A DNA stretch of 64,000 nucleotides. Source: Candidatus Omnitrophota bacterium (GTDB lineage Bacteria; Omnitrophota; Gorgyraeia; Gygaellales; Profunditerraquicolaceae). The position numbers and the translations under genes are program-made. Shown here piece after piece: positions 1 to 9,122 of this stretch. The stretch lies in the NCBI GenBank assembly GCA_043800555.1, contig JAZDMX010000007.1, positions 26,683-90,682 of the forward strand, written 5' to 3'. The notes under the pieces were generated by a model, which did not search any database, had not been told where the DNA came from, and saw only the letters and a list, made by a program, of their open reading frames with translations. Within the stretch, counting starts at the first letter, position 1. Each line of letters begins with the position of its first letter.

Positions 1-360
1 CCCTTCGTGCGGCTTACCCTTAGTAACCCCCTCGATTATTCTCCGGGTAGATAATTCCAACTCTTTTTGCAGCAAATCCCTGACCAGGGCATCATATTCC
101 TGGCCTTTCTTGATAAGCTCAACCGGGCCATTTAGTTGATAACCCATTAAAGTATCATTATCCATAAAGGAAATAGAAATCCTGGGATTGACCGCGAGGT
201 TCCGGGATGTCCTGCCGACGCTATAATCCACCAAATAAACAAAATTGCTATCTACCTTAAGGACAAACTTCGGAGCGGCATTAGGCCTGCCCTCAAGGTC
301 GCAGGTGGCTACGCTGACAAATTCACGGTTTTTTAGAAGCTCGAAGGCTTTCTTGTTCAT
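1..360 (-). CDS. Pyridoxamine 5'-phosphate oxidase-like FMN-binding protein (runs off window start)
   Basis: Manual translation from ATG at 360: MNKKAFELLKNREFVSVATCDLEGRPNAAPK...NLAVNPRISISF, the PNPOx-like VAT..DG.P and N...NP.V pattern; open to base 1; absent from the ORF track. Confidence 0.8.
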   Translation of the reverse strand, partial: MNKKAFELLKNREFVSVATCDLEGRPNAAPKFVLKVDSNFVYLVDYSVGRTSRNLAVNPRISISFMDNDTLMGYQLNGPVELIKKGQEYDALVRDLLQKELELSTRRIIEGVTKGKPHEG

Positions 361-363
361 AAT

Positions 364-660
364 TTAGGTCAGGCCGGGTAAATTCAGGCCGGATACGCTG
401 CGCATTTTCTCGGCAGCCAAGTCATGCGAACGCTTGATTGCCCTATTATATGCATCTTTGGCTGCTTTCTCAAGAACGGCCTTGTCCGTAACTTTTAAAT
501 CGGCCTGTATGCTTACCTCTTTGACTTCTTGAGCGCCATTCATGGTAATCTTAACCAAACCGCAGGAACTTAGAATATCAAAACTAGAGCCTTCCAACTG
601 CCGCTTGACATCCTGCATCTTTTTTTGCATATCCATTAATTGCTTCATTTTATCAAACAT
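364..660 (-). CDS. YbaB/EbfC family nucleoid-associated protein
   Basis: 98 aa; Q/M-rich N-terminal helix, GLVKITMNGAQEV, C-terminal GLNLPG. Confidence 0.9.
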   Translation of the reverse strand: MFDKMKQLMDMQKKMQDVKRQLEGSSFDILSSCGLVKITMNGAQEVKEVSIQADLKVTDKAVLEKAAKDAYNRAIKRSHDLAAEKMRSVSGLNLPGLT

Positions 661-676
661 TTTTCTCTCCTCAAAA

Positions 677-1165
677 CTATTTTGCCGCCAATGCTTTTAC
701 CGCCTCCTTAGGGAAGCGATTTGCCGTAGAAACTATTTCCCCGGATTTATTTACCATAAAGTAAGTCGGCACGCCCATAATATCGTAAGCTTGAGCGACA
801 AAACCCTCTGTATCCAGAAGCACTTCCAGGCTAAGGTTACGGGCCTGAAGATAATTACCTACTTTATACTTGGGTTCCCCTGCGTTGATAGCCAAGACCT
901 CGATAGAATCTTTGGCTAACTCAACGTATTCCCGGTTCAGTAACCTTAGCTCTTCCCTGCAATACGGGCACCAAGTTGTCCAAAAAAACAAGATAACCGC
1001 CTTCTTATCCTTGTAATCGCTTAAAGAGACTGTCCTTCCATTTAGATCCTTCAACTGAAATCCCGGGGCTGCCTTAAGGCCGGCCGCATTATCCTGCGCG
1101 GCGTAAGAAACAAACCCGAAAGAAAGGAAAAATAAGAGCATGGATATCCTCAAACAATTTCTCAA
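677..1165 (-). CDS. TlpA/ResA-like thiol-disulfide oxidoreductase with signal peptide
   Basis: APGFQLKDLNG, FWTTWCPYC (CxxC), GVPT. Confidence 0.9.
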   Translation of the reverse strand: MRNCLRISMLLFFLSFGFVSYAAQDNAAGLKAAPGFQLKDLNGRTVSLSDYKDKKAVILFFWTTWCPYCREELRLLNREYVELAKDSIEVLAINAGEPKYKVGNYLQARNLSLEVLLDTEGFVAQAYDIMGVPTYFMVNKSGEIVSTANRFPKEAVKALAAK

Positions 1166-1831
1166 TTATAACCCCCTTGTCCCTTGATAAATCAAATACA
1201 ACCCTAAAGCCATGACTATAATAGAAGCGGCCCTCTTAAAATAAATCATCCATTTTCCTGATTTAGGCAGGCTGACCAATACGCCGCTGAATGTCCCAGC
1301 CAGAATCAAGATCAAACCCATGCCATAGGCAAAGGCCATAAGCAGGCTCATCCCGAAAAGAATATTTTTCCTGGTAGACACGTAAGCAAGAATCGTTCCC
1401 AAGGCCGGTGTCAGGCACGGAGAAGCGATTAATCCGGTAGACGCCCCTAATACAAAAGTTGAGAAATAGCCTTTCTTCCCGGTATCGGCTTTAGGGGCCT
1501 GCCAGGATAAATTGAATAAATCCAGGAGCATGCTTATCCCGAATAAAAGAACAACTGCGCCTACGGCTATCAGGGTTAATGGATTGGTGCTTATCGACCC
1601 GAAGATTTTACCGCTTAAGGAAGCAACCAAGCCTAATATAGAATAAGTAACGGCTAAGCCTGTAACAAATACCAGGCTTAAGAAAAAACCCTTTGCCTTG
1701 GAATTGCCGCTTTTAGAACTTATGTAGAAAACGGTGACCGGGATTAAAGGATAAACGCAAGGAGTGAAACTGACAAGCACTCCTCCTGTAAAAGCAAAAA
1801 TATAATCCAGCGGGCTACCGGATAGAGTCAT
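1166..1831 (-). CDS. ccdA: CcdA/DsbD-type transmembrane electron transporter
   Basis: SFTPCVYPLIP and ASPCLTP motifs, multiple TM helices. Confidence 0.9.
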   Translation of the reverse strand: MTLSGSPLDYIFAFTGGVLVSFTPCVYPLIPVTVFYISSKSGNSKAKGFFLSLVFVTGLAVTYSILGLVASLSGKIFGSISTNPLTLIAVGAVVLLFGISMLLDLFNLSWQAPKADTGKKGYFSTFVLGASTGLIASPCLTPALGTILAYVSTRKNILFGMSLLMAFAYGMGLILILAGTFSGVLVSLPKSGKWMIYFKRAASIIVMALGLYLIYQGTRGL

Positions 1832-2126
1832 TTATCCAACTTAAATATGGCTTAAAACCGCTTACTATGGGCATGGCTATTATCTCCGGGACATCATAAC
1901 TATGGCTGGCCTTGACTAGCTTGGCGATCTTATTGAATTTTTCTTTTCTGGACTTTACGATAAGAAGCGTTTCTTCTACCTGATTAAGCTTGCCCTGCCA
2001 TAAAAAAAATGATTTTATGCCGCTGACGATATTAACGCAAGCTGCCAGTTTGTTCTTAATAAGCGATTTAGCGATTTTTTCCGCTTCTTTCCTCTCCTTG
2101 GCTGTAATCAGGATTATGATGTGCAT
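1815..2126 (-). CDS. cutA: Divalent-cation tolerance protein CutA
   Basis: KLAACVNI, HSYDVPEII. Confidence 0.95.
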   Translation of the reverse strand: MHIIILITAKERKEAEKIAKSLIKNKLAACVNIVSGIKSFFLWQGKLNQVEETLLIVKSRKEKFNKIAKLVKASHSYDVPEIIAMPIVSGFKPYLSWINDSIR

Positions 2127-2590
2127 TTTTTAACTAACTTTGCAAACCGGGAACCCATTCTCAAGCATTCCATACTTGAGCGCTCATCGGGGGAACCTAT
2201 CGCTACCGGGCCATAATGGTCTCCGGAGTAATCGCCTTGAATAATCATACCATGTATAAGCATGGCGTTCAAGATATCCAGGATCGCAGTTTCATTGCCT
2301 CCGGCAATATTGCGGCTGGAAGAAAATGCCGCGCCTATTTTTCCGTCAAGTTTACCGTGCAATTTAACCGAATCATCAAAGAGTTTCTTGATCTCAAAAG
2401 CCATGCTTCCGTAATAAGTAGGCGAACCGATAATCAGGCCGTCGTATTTCAATAGATCATCCACGGCTACCTCTTTGACATCTTTAACCGTTACCTCCAA
2501 CCCCTCGCTTTTTACGCCGTTAGCGATCAATTCCGCCATTTTCCTGGTATTTCCGCCCCGCGAATAGTAAACGATCAAAGTTTTCTGCAT
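2114..2590 (-). CDS. Flavodoxin/WrbA-like NAD(P)H oxidoreductase
   Basis: YYSRGGNT, GSPTYYG, GGNET; start moved to MQKTL (2590) behind a GGAGG RBS. Confidence 0.85.
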   Translation of the reverse strand: MQKTLIVYYSRGGNTRKMAELIANGVKSEGLEVTVKDVKEVAVDDLLKYDGLIIGSPTYYGSMAFEIKKLFDDSVKLHGKLDGKIGAAFSSSRNIAGGNETAILDILNAMLIHGMIIQGDYSGDHYGPVAIGSPDERSSMECLRMGSRFAKLVKKCTS

Positions 2591-2591
2591 A

Positions 2592-2840
2592 TCATTTGCC
2601 TCCCTCATCCTCAACCTTGACTGACCTTATCCTGCCGAATTGCGAACAAACATCAAAAACAATCGTCGGGTCTTCGGTATGTATATTTATCTTGAAGTTC
2701 TTGCCTTTTTGAGAAACATCCGCCATATCGACAACATCCAGTTTCTCTCCGAATTCAGCCAGAGCGGTTTTGAGCGCCTCCAAAGTAGTATTGTAAGTAT
2801 GTAAAATAAAATCTAATTTAAATTTTGGGGTGCGGATCAT
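2592..2840 (-). CDS. Hypothetical protein (82 aa)
   Basis: Start overlaps the pgeF stop (ATGA) and it abuts the flavodoxin gene; no recognised motif. Confidence 0.65.
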   Translation of the reverse strand: MIRTPKFKLDFILHTYNTTLEALKTALAEFGEKLDVVDMADVSQKGKNFKINIHTEDPTIVFDVCSQFGRIRSVKVEDEGGK

Positions 2841-3580
2841 TTTAACATAATCACCGAAAGCATTCTTCCGGATTTATTGCCTTCTTTACGGAAAGAAAAT
2901 AATTCCTCGTTAGAACAAAAGGTGCAGTAATCAGAATCAAATATATTCTCTTCTTTAACGCCTGAGTCAATCAATTGTTTTTTATTGGCTTTCGCTAAAT
3001 CAAAATACAAGCTGCCTGCCCTTTCAACCAACCCGGCGCTGAAATCGTTTACGAATTCAGGTGACACCTCATAGCAACAATCCTTTATGCGCGAGCCAAA
3101 CCCCACGGTCAATCGATTGGGATTAGCCTTAAATTTATCCAGCATTAATTCAACCGCGCAGGTAATGATATTAGCCCTGGTAGAGCGCCAGCCGGCATGC
3201 ACCAGGCCTATTGCCGGCCTTTGAGGCTCATACAGGAATATGGACAAGCAATCAGCCGTAAATATCGCCAACGGTAAATTCCTGACATCCGTAATAAAGC
3301 CGTCGGTGTCAGGAATTGATGTGTCATAATTTAAAGCGCCCCTGCCTTTATCAGCCTCATTTACATATTGAACGCGGCTACCGTGAACTTGCTTGGCGCA
3401 AACCAAATCCTTGTAATCTATGCCCAGAGAGCTTAAGAAACTTCTACGATTCTCCAGCGAACTACTGGTCTCCCCATAAGATAAGGACATATTTCCGCCG
3501 GCCCTGGCGCTAAAAGCGCTGGCCACGTTTTCTCCAACTGCGTCTTCCAGGGGATTATAACTTTTAAGTAACTTCAACAA
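2837..3580 (-). CDS. pgeF: Peptidoglycan editing factor PgeF (YfiH family)
   Basis: QVHG, TADCL, HAGWR, FSFR..GRM. Confidence 0.93.
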   Translation of the reverse strand: MLKLLKSYNPLEDAVGENVASAFSARAGGNMSLSYGETSSSLENRRSFLSSLGIDYKDLVCAKQVHGSRVQYVNEADKGRGALNYDTSIPDTDGFITDVRNLPLAIFTADCLSIFLYEPQRPAIGLVHAGWRSTRANIITCAVELMLDKFKANPNRLTVGFGSRIKDCCYEVSPEFVNDFSAGLVERAGSLYFDLAKANKKQLIDSGVKEENIFDSDYCTFCSNEELFSFRKEGNKSGRMLSVIMLK

Positions 3581-3779
3581 GCTTATTCCTTGACTTATCG
3601 CCCTTAATGATCTTGATCTGGTATTTTTTTATTTTTAAATGCCCGGATAATAAATTAACCAGCTGCTCATTGGCCAAGCCGTCTTGCGCAGGCTTAGTCA
3701 GATACACCTTTAAGCCATTCGGCTCTTCTTTGACGGAATTCCGGCTTGCCTTAGGGACAACCTTAACGCTAAGAATCAT
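3564..3779 (-). CDS. DUF167/YggU family protein
   Basis: VKVVPKAS, PAQDGLAN, GDKSRNK. Confidence 0.9.
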   Translation of the reverse strand: MILSVKVVPKASRNSVKEEPNGLKVYLTKPAQDGLANEQLVNLLSGHLKIKKYQIKIIKGDKSRNKLVEVT

Positions 3780-4711
3780 TTTTTGGCTTCGATTTGCTTG
3801 GTATCCTGGATATTAATAAGCTTGTCGCTAAATTTATCCAGGCGCTTTTGCGAATCCGAATACTTGGTGTTGGCGTTACTTAAGTGGCTTCCGAGTATGT
3901 TGAATTCTTCCTTGAATTTTTCGATCTCGACTTCTAAGGCGCTTAAAGATTTTAATATTTTCTTGGCGTTCTCTTCAACCTTTAAGCCTTTTAATCCCAG
4001 GCAAATTACCTCCAGGTAGGCGTAAAACGTATTCGGAGAAACCGGGATAACTTTTTTGGATAGGCTATAAGAAAATATATCTTCTTTGATAATTACTTCA
4101 TAATAGACATTTTCCGCCGGAATATACATCAACGCGAAGTCGTAGGTATCCTCCTGCGGAAGGATATACTTGGAAGAGACCTCGTCAATCCTGTTCTTTA
4201 CGTCCTGAATGAATTTCTTGCGCAGGGTGTTCCTTAATTGCTCCTCCTGCGCCTCAAGCATCTTTTGGAAATTCTCCAAGCTAAACTTGGCATCCACCGA
4301 AACAATGCGTTCCCCAAGTTTAATTATGGCATCCACTGCCTCTCCGCTCTTAAAACGATACTGGGTCAAGTAGTGGTCTTTAGGTAAAACCTGAGATAAC
4401 AAATTCTCCAGTAACACTTCGCCTATTGCCCCGCGAAATTTTGGCGCGCGCAAAAGCTCTTGCAGGCTTGAAATGTCCTTACTGATATCAACAATCTGCT
4501 TATTGGTCTCCTCTAACCTGCCCAGCTGTTCCTTAACATTGCCAAAGACATTCGTGGTGTTCCCCAGGTTTAAGCCGATGATCTTGCCTGCTTCCTGAAG
4601 CGACTGGTTCATTTGATTGAGCCGCTCATTCACCTGCGAGAAAAGCTTAAAAACCAGCAGCGTAACAACCGCCAGTAAAACCAGAAACGACAATCCAATC
4701 ATCCAGATCAT
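3776..4711 (-). CDS. rmuC: DNA recombination protein RmuC
   Basis: N-terminal TM plus coiled coil, PKFRGAIGE, VDAKF, FALMYIPAE, VSPNT. Confidence 0.92.
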   Translation of the reverse strand: MIWMIGLSFLVLLAVVTLLVFKLFSQVNERLNQMNQSLQEAGKIIGLNLGNTTNVFGNVKEQLGRLEETNKQIVDISKDISSLQELLRAPKFRGAIGEVLLENLLSQVLPKDHYLTQYRFKSGEAVDAIIKLGERIVSVDAKFSLENFQKMLEAQEEQLRNTLRKKFIQDVKNRIDEVSSKYILPQEDTYDFALMYIPAENVYYEVIIKEDIFSYSLSKKVIPVSPNTFYAYLEVICLGLKGLKVEENAKKILKSLSALEVEIEKFKEEFNILGSHLSNANTKYSDSQKRLDKFSDKLINIQDTKQIEAKK

Positions 4712-4717
4712 AAGGTT

Positions 4718-4726
4718 ATTATACCA
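4718..4726 (-). promoter_or_regulatory. Extended -10 element (TGGTATAAT) 6 nt before the rmuC ATG; likely leaderless mRNA
   Basis: Minus strand reads TGGTATAAT-AACCTT-ATG, with no SD in between. Confidence 0.55.
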
Positions 4727-4741
4727 CTCCTCGATATCTTC

Positions 4742-5461
4742 TTACAGCAAATAATCTGCCTTTATTCTCTTTAGGCTTCTAAAAATGTTTTTCTTTATGT
4801 CCGGGCAGGACTTTTTTAAATCCTGGATTATCTTGCCCATTTTTGTGCGGTTGGAAGTAACCGAATTTGGGCAAATGCAGGTGTCATGCGGAATGCCCTC
4901 TTCTTTGGCAAAGCGCTTGATCATATATTCTTCAACGTAGGCAAGCGGGCGGATCAAGGTGATTTTTCCTTTGAACAACGGCTGATTAGGGTTCATTGAC
5001 GATATCTCACCCTGGAAGAAGAGATTCAGCAAAGTCGTTTCAATTATATCATCCAGGTGATGGCCAAGCGCAACCTTAGTGCACTTAAGCCGGTTGGCTG
5101 CCTCAAAAAGGGCCTTTCTTCTGTTCCAGGAGCACCAAAAGCAACTTATATCTTTCTTCTTGGTTTTGCGCAAGGTATCGACTTTCTCAATATGATATTC
5201 AACGCCTTCCTTCTTAAAATATTTCTTAAGTTGGGCAGAGATGGACCTAGGATAGCCCTGGTCAATATGTATTGCCACTAAACTGTATTTTATGGGCACA
5301 AATTGCCTGCGGTCATTAAGTATCCTAAGCAACGTAAGGCTGTCCTTGCCTCCGGAGACAGCCACTGCAATCCTGTCCCCTCTAGAAAGCATATTATAAT
5401 CCATAATCGCCTTGCCTATGCGCTTGGAAATATAATACTCGACTCCCTGTAACACCGCCAT
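4742..5461 (-). CDS. ttcA: tRNA 2-thiocytidine(32) biosynthesis protein TtcA
   Basis: PP-loop SGGKDS, CFWC, GHHLDD, IRPL, CICP; start moved to MAVLQG (5461) behind GGGAGA. Confidence 0.88.
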   Translation of the reverse strand: MAVLQGVEYYISKRIGKAIMDYNMLSRGDRIAVAVSGGKDSLTLLRILNDRRQFVPIKYSLVAIHIDQGYPRSISAQLKKYFKKEGVEYHIEKVDTLRKTKKKDISCFWCSWNRRKALFEAANRLKCTKVALGHHLDDIIETTLLNLFFQGEISSMNPNQPLFKGKITLIRPLAYVEEYMIKRFAKEEGIPHDTCICPNSVTSNRTKMGKIIQDLKKSCPDIKKNIFRSLKRIKADYLL

Positions 5462-5535
5462 AATCGATTCTCCCTGTTTCTCTGCCAAAGCGGAAACTGT
5501 TCCCAATCCAATCGGGGTGCTGGGTTCAAAATACC

Positions 5536-5581
5536 CTCATCAGCGGGCCCTGCCGCTTAAGCGGCAGGGCCCGCTGATGAG
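5536..5581. repeat. Perfect 46-bp palindrome with no loop
   Basis: CTCATCAGCGGGCCCTGCCGCTT|AAGCGGCAGGGCCCGCTGATGAG. Confidence 0.95.
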
Positions 5582-5607
5582 AGCCAGCCGCAGCGCATAA
5601 GGCCACA

Positions 5608-5642
5608 GAGATTGCTTAGGCCGCTATGCGCCTCGCAATGAC
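5608..5642 (-). repeat. GTCATTGCGAG...GCAATCTC-type palindromic repeat
   Basis: Minus strand GTCATTGCGAGGCGCATAGCGGCCTAAGCAATCTC; the ends resemble a widespread REP/RPE-like repeat (recognised from memory). Confidence 0.6.
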
Positions 5643-5657
5643 CGCTATATTAAATTA

Positions 5658-7463
5658 TCAAACTCGTCCTGAATCAATTACCAACTTACGAATTTGTTTA
5701 GTGACTGGATGTTTATGTAAATCTTCCAGAGAAAGCGGGAGCTTGAGGGACCAATTGTGTCCGCTGATTGTGCCGGGAGTATTTATCCTGTATTGGTAGG
5801 CATCAGCCTGCCACAAATCATCCAGATATAAAAGATCAACCAGCGTATTGATGCAGAATAGGGAGTTCGCCGCCAGGTTAAATTTTAGTATGGCTTGAAA
5901 TATTTCCTTATCGCATCGCTCGCGCATCGGGCCTTTTAACTCAAGCTGTTTCCAAAGCTTTTCCTTCTCCCTATAAGTATTCACATATAAGCCTATCAGA
6001 ATTCCCAAACGCTCTCTAGGGACAGTCCCCTGCGGGGAGAGCCCCTTAATAAGTCTATCTACCGAATCAATGCCATCTTTCCAGCGCAATCTTCCGTGCT
6101 TAGAGCAAGCCGCGTCAAAAAGCTCAAGCTTCGCCCGCTCAAAATCAATTCCCGCTTCAGCGCATTTGCGCAAAAACAAACCCTCATCCACTGTGCCGGT
6201 TTCATTCTCCCACCATGCCGGCCAATTAGCCGTATCGTGGGTTGAGAGCATCGTAACCGCAAGCTGGCGGTAATCATCGGCTTTGAGAAAATCATGCGTT
6301 ATATCCCAATCCTTGGCCCAGCGCTGCACATCATTACCCAGAATATTCAACTGCCTCAATGTTTCGGGGCAAACTTTGGGGATCACCCCCAGGTCTTCAG
6401 CGCACAAGAACATCTTTGCGCTCTTAAGCATAACTTCCAGTATTTTCCTGCCGTGCTCGCCCCAGCCTGCTTCATTAGCCGGGTCAAAAGACCCGTTTAA
6501 CCCCTGGTTTTCCGGCGCATCATTATAAGGAATGCTCCAGATGCGGAACAACCCCACCACGTGGTCAACCCTCAAAATATCGTAGAAATTATCGGCGTAT
6601 TTCAATTTTTCTTGCAGGTATTTATAACCGTCATCGGCAATCCTCCCCCAATTATACGTAGGCATACCCCAGCGCTGGCCAGAAGCAGCATACATATCCG
6701 GAGGCGCTCCCGCGGCAAACTCAAGTTTAAAGAATTCCGGATGGGCCCAGACATCGCTGGAATCGCGGGAAACTAAAATCGGCAGGTCCCCGTTTATAGA
6801 AACCTTTTTTTCTTTAGCGTAACCCTTGACTGCTTTAAACTGCTCAAAGAGCTGCCACTGGGCCCATTCCTGAAACCTGATTTCCTGCGCCTTGGTTTTG
6901 CGGAAATCCTCTAAAGCGATCTTATCGCGATTCCTGGACTCAAGCGGCCAATCATACCAAGGGCTCTCTCGATATTCTAATTTAAGCGCCTTGAATAAAG
7001 CGTAATCCGGCAGCCAATACGCGTTATCTCTCCTGAAACTGACAAAACTTTCCGGGTCAGCTTCGGCGTCCAATAAAAAGATCTCCCGCAAGATACGTAA
7101 TTTTTCATTCTTAACGCTGTAATCGACATACTTCTTATCAACTTTCAGGCTTTTTCGCAAGGCTTCGATTTGTCTTTTGAGGGATTTGTCTTTGGGCAGG
7201 GCTAAATCAAGTAAAGATACATAAAGCGGTTCCAGCGCAAACGCGCTTAAGGCATCATACGGGCAAAATAAGCCGCCCATATCATTCATCGGTAAAAGCT
7301 GGAGTATCGAGTTACCGGTATCGCGGCACCAATCAATGACTAGTTTTAAATCCGCCAAATCACCTACGCCAAAACTTTTCTTTGAGTAAATCGAGAAGAC
7401 CGGAACGAGTACCCCTGCCCTTTTCCGGGAAAGGAAGGCCTGTGGCTGGTTTGCTTGCGGCAT
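5658..7463 (-). CDS. malQ: 4-alpha-glucanotransferase (GH77)
   Basis: QLLPMND, GDLPI, GAPPD, GQRWGMP, RVDHVVG, AEDLG, STHD, RINTPGT..NW. Confidence 0.95.
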   Translation of the reverse strand: MPQANQPQAFLSRKRAGVLVPVFSIYSKKSFGVGDLADLKLVIDWCRDTGNSILQLLPMNDMGGLFCPYDALSAFALEPLYVSLLDLALPKDKSLKRQIEALRKSLKVDKKYVDYSVKNEKLRILREIFLLDAEADPESFVSFRRDNAYWLPDYALFKALKLEYRESPWYDWPLESRNRDKIALEDFRKTKAQEIRFQEWAQWQLFEQFKAVKGYAKEKKVSINGDLPILVSRDSSDVWAHPEFFKLEFAAGAPPDMYAASGQRWGMPTYNWGRIADDGYKYLQEKLKYADNFYDILRVDHVVGLFRIWSIPYNDAPENQGLNGSFDPANEAGWGEHGRKILEVMLKSAKMFLCAEDLGVIPKVCPETLRQLNILGNDVQRWAKDWDITHDFLKADDYRQLAVTMLSTHDTANWPAWWENETGTVDEGLFLRKCAEAGIDFERAKLELFDAACSKHGRLRWKDGIDSVDRLIKGLSPQGTVPRERLGILIGLYVNTYREKEKLWKQLELKGPMRERCDKEIFQAILKFNLAANSLFCINTLVDLLYLDDLWQADAYQYRINTPGTISGHNWSLKLPLSLEDLHKHPVTKQIRKLVIDSGRV

Positions 7464-7473
7464 ATTTAATTGA

Positions 7474-8280
7474 TTAAGGGAACAAAAGGCGCAATATTTT
7501 GTCTGACCAAAATATAGAAATCAGCGCTGCCAAAGATAAAAACGGGCCGTAAGGAATAGTGTGGTCTTTTTTGGTTATAAGCGTAATGATTCCGATCACC
7601 GCGCCAAAGAACGGAGCGATGAAAAAAGTAAGCAGCGCCCGCGGAACACCCAGGAAAGCGCCGATCATCGCCAGAAGCTTTACGTCCCCTCCCCCCATCG
7701 ATTCGGTTTCTCCGTTTATGGGAGGATTTTTGAGTAATTTAAAATAAACCAGGTCAAATAACCAACCGGTCAGATAAATCACCCCTCCTCCGGCTATAAT
7801 GCCGGCTAGCGAACTCAACATCGGCTTGAAGCTAAACGACAGAGGGTTCAAATCAAACCCTCTTATTGAATTTAAAATGAACCCGATAATAAGAGCGCCG
7901 ATAGAAACCTCATCCGGGATGATCCTATGTTTAAAGTCAACGAATGTGGCGATAATAAGCGCTGAAACAAGCACTAAATAAAAGAAGAAATTATAACTTA
8001 ATCCGTAGCGGATAAAGAAAGCTAAAAATAAGAGCGCGGTCAAAAGCTCCACAAGAGGATAACGCAGGGATATTTTTCCTTTGCAGAAACGGCACCTCCC
8101 CTTTAGAAGGATAAAGCTTATAAAAGGTATGTTGTCGTAACCGGGTATCCTTTTCTTGCAATGAGGGCAGTGCGAACGCGGCCAGACTACCGACTCGGAT
8201 TTAGGCATACGGTGGATACAGACATTCAAAAAACTTCCGATAACCGAACCAAAGACAAAAACTATCAAATTAGCGATCAT
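7474..8280 (-). CDS. pilD: Prepilin peptidase (A24)
   Basis: GSFLNVCIHR, two CxxC, MGGGDVKL, IPYGPFL. Confidence 0.95.
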   Translation of the reverse strand: MIANLIVFVFGSVIGSFLNVCIHRMPKSESVVWPRSHCPHCKKRIPGYDNIPFISFILLKGRCRFCKGKISLRYPLVELLTALLFLAFFIRYGLSYNFFFYLVLVSALIIATFVDFKHRIIPDEVSIGALIIGFILNSIRGFDLNPLSFSFKPMLSSLAGIIAGGGVIYLTGWLFDLVYFKLLKNPPINGETESMGGGDVKLLAMIGAFLGVPRALLTFFIAPFFGAVIGIITLITKKDHTIPYGPFLSLAALISIFWSDKILRLLFP

Positions 8281-9122
8281 AGTTTTTTCACTCCTTTTTC
8301 CAAAGCCTTGCGCATAGCCTCAACCGGCGCTTTTCTAGGCGATATCCATAAATTAAGGGCTTCGGCCCCCTGGTAAAGAAGCATCCCTAACCCGTTTGAG
8401 TACGCAAGATTATTCTCTCTGGCTAATTTCAACAATTTTGTCTCTTTGGGGTTATAAATCAAATCGTAAACAAATAATCCGGGGTGTAACTGGGCCTGGT
8501 TTACTAAAAGCGGGTCTGTTTCTTTCATGCCCGCTGACGAGGCGTTGATCAAAATATCTTTTTCTTTCAATATCAATGAGTCTATATTCTGCGCCGCCAC
8601 AAACCGGGTATCCGGAAATATTTGGTTAAACCTCTCCATAAGGTTTAAAGAGCGGAATTTGTCTATATCATAGATCGCTACTTCCCGGGCCTTCTTTTTC
8701 CCAAGCGCAAAGCAAATTGCGCGGGCCGCCCCTCCTGCTCCGATAATAGCGGCTTTATCAGGGGAGATTTTAAGTTCCTTAAGATGCGCGATAAAACCGA
8801 GATAATCAGTATTAAACAACTTAAGCTTGCCGGTTTTATCTATCACGATTGTGTTGGCGGCAAATATATCTTTGGCTGCGTTGGATAAATAACCATCCGC
8901 TAAACGCAGGACATCCTGCTTATAAGGGATGGTTACATTCAAGCCGCAGATATTCTTTTTCTTGAGATTGTTTAAGAAAGGCTTAAGCTCTTTCTCTTTC
9001 AAAGGGAATAATTTATACTTGGCGTTTATTCTTAGGGCACAAAAGGCCGCGTTGTGCATTAACGGCGATAAGCTATGCTCGACAGGATTACCAATTAAAC
9101 CAAAAATACGGCCTTTAATCAT
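8277..9122 (-). CDS. aroE: Shikimate dehydrogenase
   Basis: HSLSP.MHN, NVTIPYK, NTD, GAGGAARA, GLGMLLYQG. Confidence 0.95.
   Translation of the reverse strand: MIKGRIFGLIGNPVEHSLSPLMHNAAFCALRINAKYKLFPLKEKELKPFLNNLKKKNICGLNVTIPYKQDVLRLADGYLSNAAKDIFAANTIVIDKTGKLKLFNTDYLGFIAHLKELKISPDKAAIIGAGGAARAICFALGKKKAREVAIYDIDKFRSLNLMERFNQIFPDTRFVAAQNIDSLILKEKDILINASSAGMKETDPLLVNQAQLHPGLFVYDLIYNPKETKLLKLARENNLAYSNGLGMLLYQGAEALNLWISPRKAPVEAMRKALEKGVKKL

Noticed and set aside
5478-5612. 6S RNA
   Set aside because: A closing stem and TTGAACC are suggestive, but it is short (about 135 nt) and I cannot build the central bubble; kept only as an unassigned structured region
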